Assembly: GCA_047495785.1 (NCBI GenBank)
Contig: JBLDXI010000025.1
Span: 2,232,001-2,296,000 of the forward strand
From: Lepidodermella squamata
Lineage: Eukaryota; Animalia; Gastrotricha
Length of the DNA stretch: 64,000 nucleotides
Direction: 5' to 3'
The position numbers and the translations under genes were made by a program. Below are positions 63,347 through 64,000 of the stretch, piece after piece; within the stretch, counting starts at the first letter, position 1; each line of letters opens with the position of its first letter. The notes beneath the pieces were generated by a model, which ran no database searches, was not told the origin of the DNA, and saw only the letters and a program-made list of their open reading frames with translations.

Positions 63347-64000
63347 ATGTCAGGAGTAATGCTATGCAAAGTGTGTGCTACTGTTGTTCCGAGAAGACGT
63401 GGCTATCAGCCAACAACATGCGAGGCTTGTCAGAAGTTTTTTCGAAGAAACTGCCAGATGAAACGGCCGCTACGTTGCAAACACTCGCCCATGTCCGGAA
63501 ATGAGGACAACGAAGTCACGTCCTCTAACCGCCGGCACATTTGTCCTAAATGCAGGTTCGAGAAGTGTCTATCAATCGGTATGCAAAGTAAGTTGAAATA
63601 CTGCTTTATTTCCCTCGTAAATAGTTTTTCAAAACAGGCAAATTTCTGAAAGAAACATCGCATGACCCCACCTCAAAGGAGGATTCTTCAGCATCCTCTT
63701 CGAATACCGATAGTATTAAAATTAGCAAAGATCAAACTACTCCAGGTCCAGTTATAGCCAAGGAAGAAACAACATTCCTGATTCCGCTTGTTAGAGATCC
63801 CGTACTTATTGACGGATCAGCTCCTGAATTGATTATCAGAGCATCTTTGAATGCTTACCCGGAGCTTCACACGCTTGAATTCGTGAGTTTTTCACCCTAG
63901 GAACTGATTCTATTGAACCCTGTGCTTTTTTTTAGGGGTCTTTGAAAGATTTACCTCTATCCAGAATGGACATGGGAGCCATGCTTGCAGGAACCCTCCA
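63347..64000 (+). CDS. Divergent nuclear receptor NR-11, truncated by the window end
   Basis: DBD CKVC..CEACQKFFRRNC..CKH..CPKCRFEKC; same first two introns; LHTLEF block. Confidence 0.85.

Overview
Eukaryotic (animal) genomic DNA from a compact genome with mostly 50-60 bp GT-AG introns and an operon-like gene pair. This fits a small-genome invertebrate such as a larvacean tunicate, which is inference only. Left to right: (1) a discoidin domain receptor (DDR) tyrosine kinase gene on the minus strand with a degenerate kinase and a long, ORF-poor upstream region; (2) an intronless LRAT/NlpC-P60-like + AIG1-like GTPase fusion ending in a CaaX box; (3) an SLC18B1-like MFS transporter with a 28-bp frameshifting insertion; (4) a tandem array of 11 highly divergent nuclear receptor genes plus one fragment, all with a C-x-H second zinc finger, partly built by a segmental duplication; (5) an intact Crypton-type tyrosine-recombinase element in the array, with a 22-bp inverted repeat and a ~150-nt hairpin built from tandem G.A mismatches and GCGNAGC mini-hairpins, plus a second hairpin of the same design 2.3 kb away; (6) two intronless secreted Cys-repeat proteins with an aerolysin-like C-terminus; (7) three secreted Gly/Phe/Arg-rich proteins with acidic blocks, two of them followed by a partner gene in an apparent two-gene operon, sharing promoter motifs and a conserved 3'UTR stem-loop. 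Several MITEs are also present. All calls come from manual reading; no searches were run.
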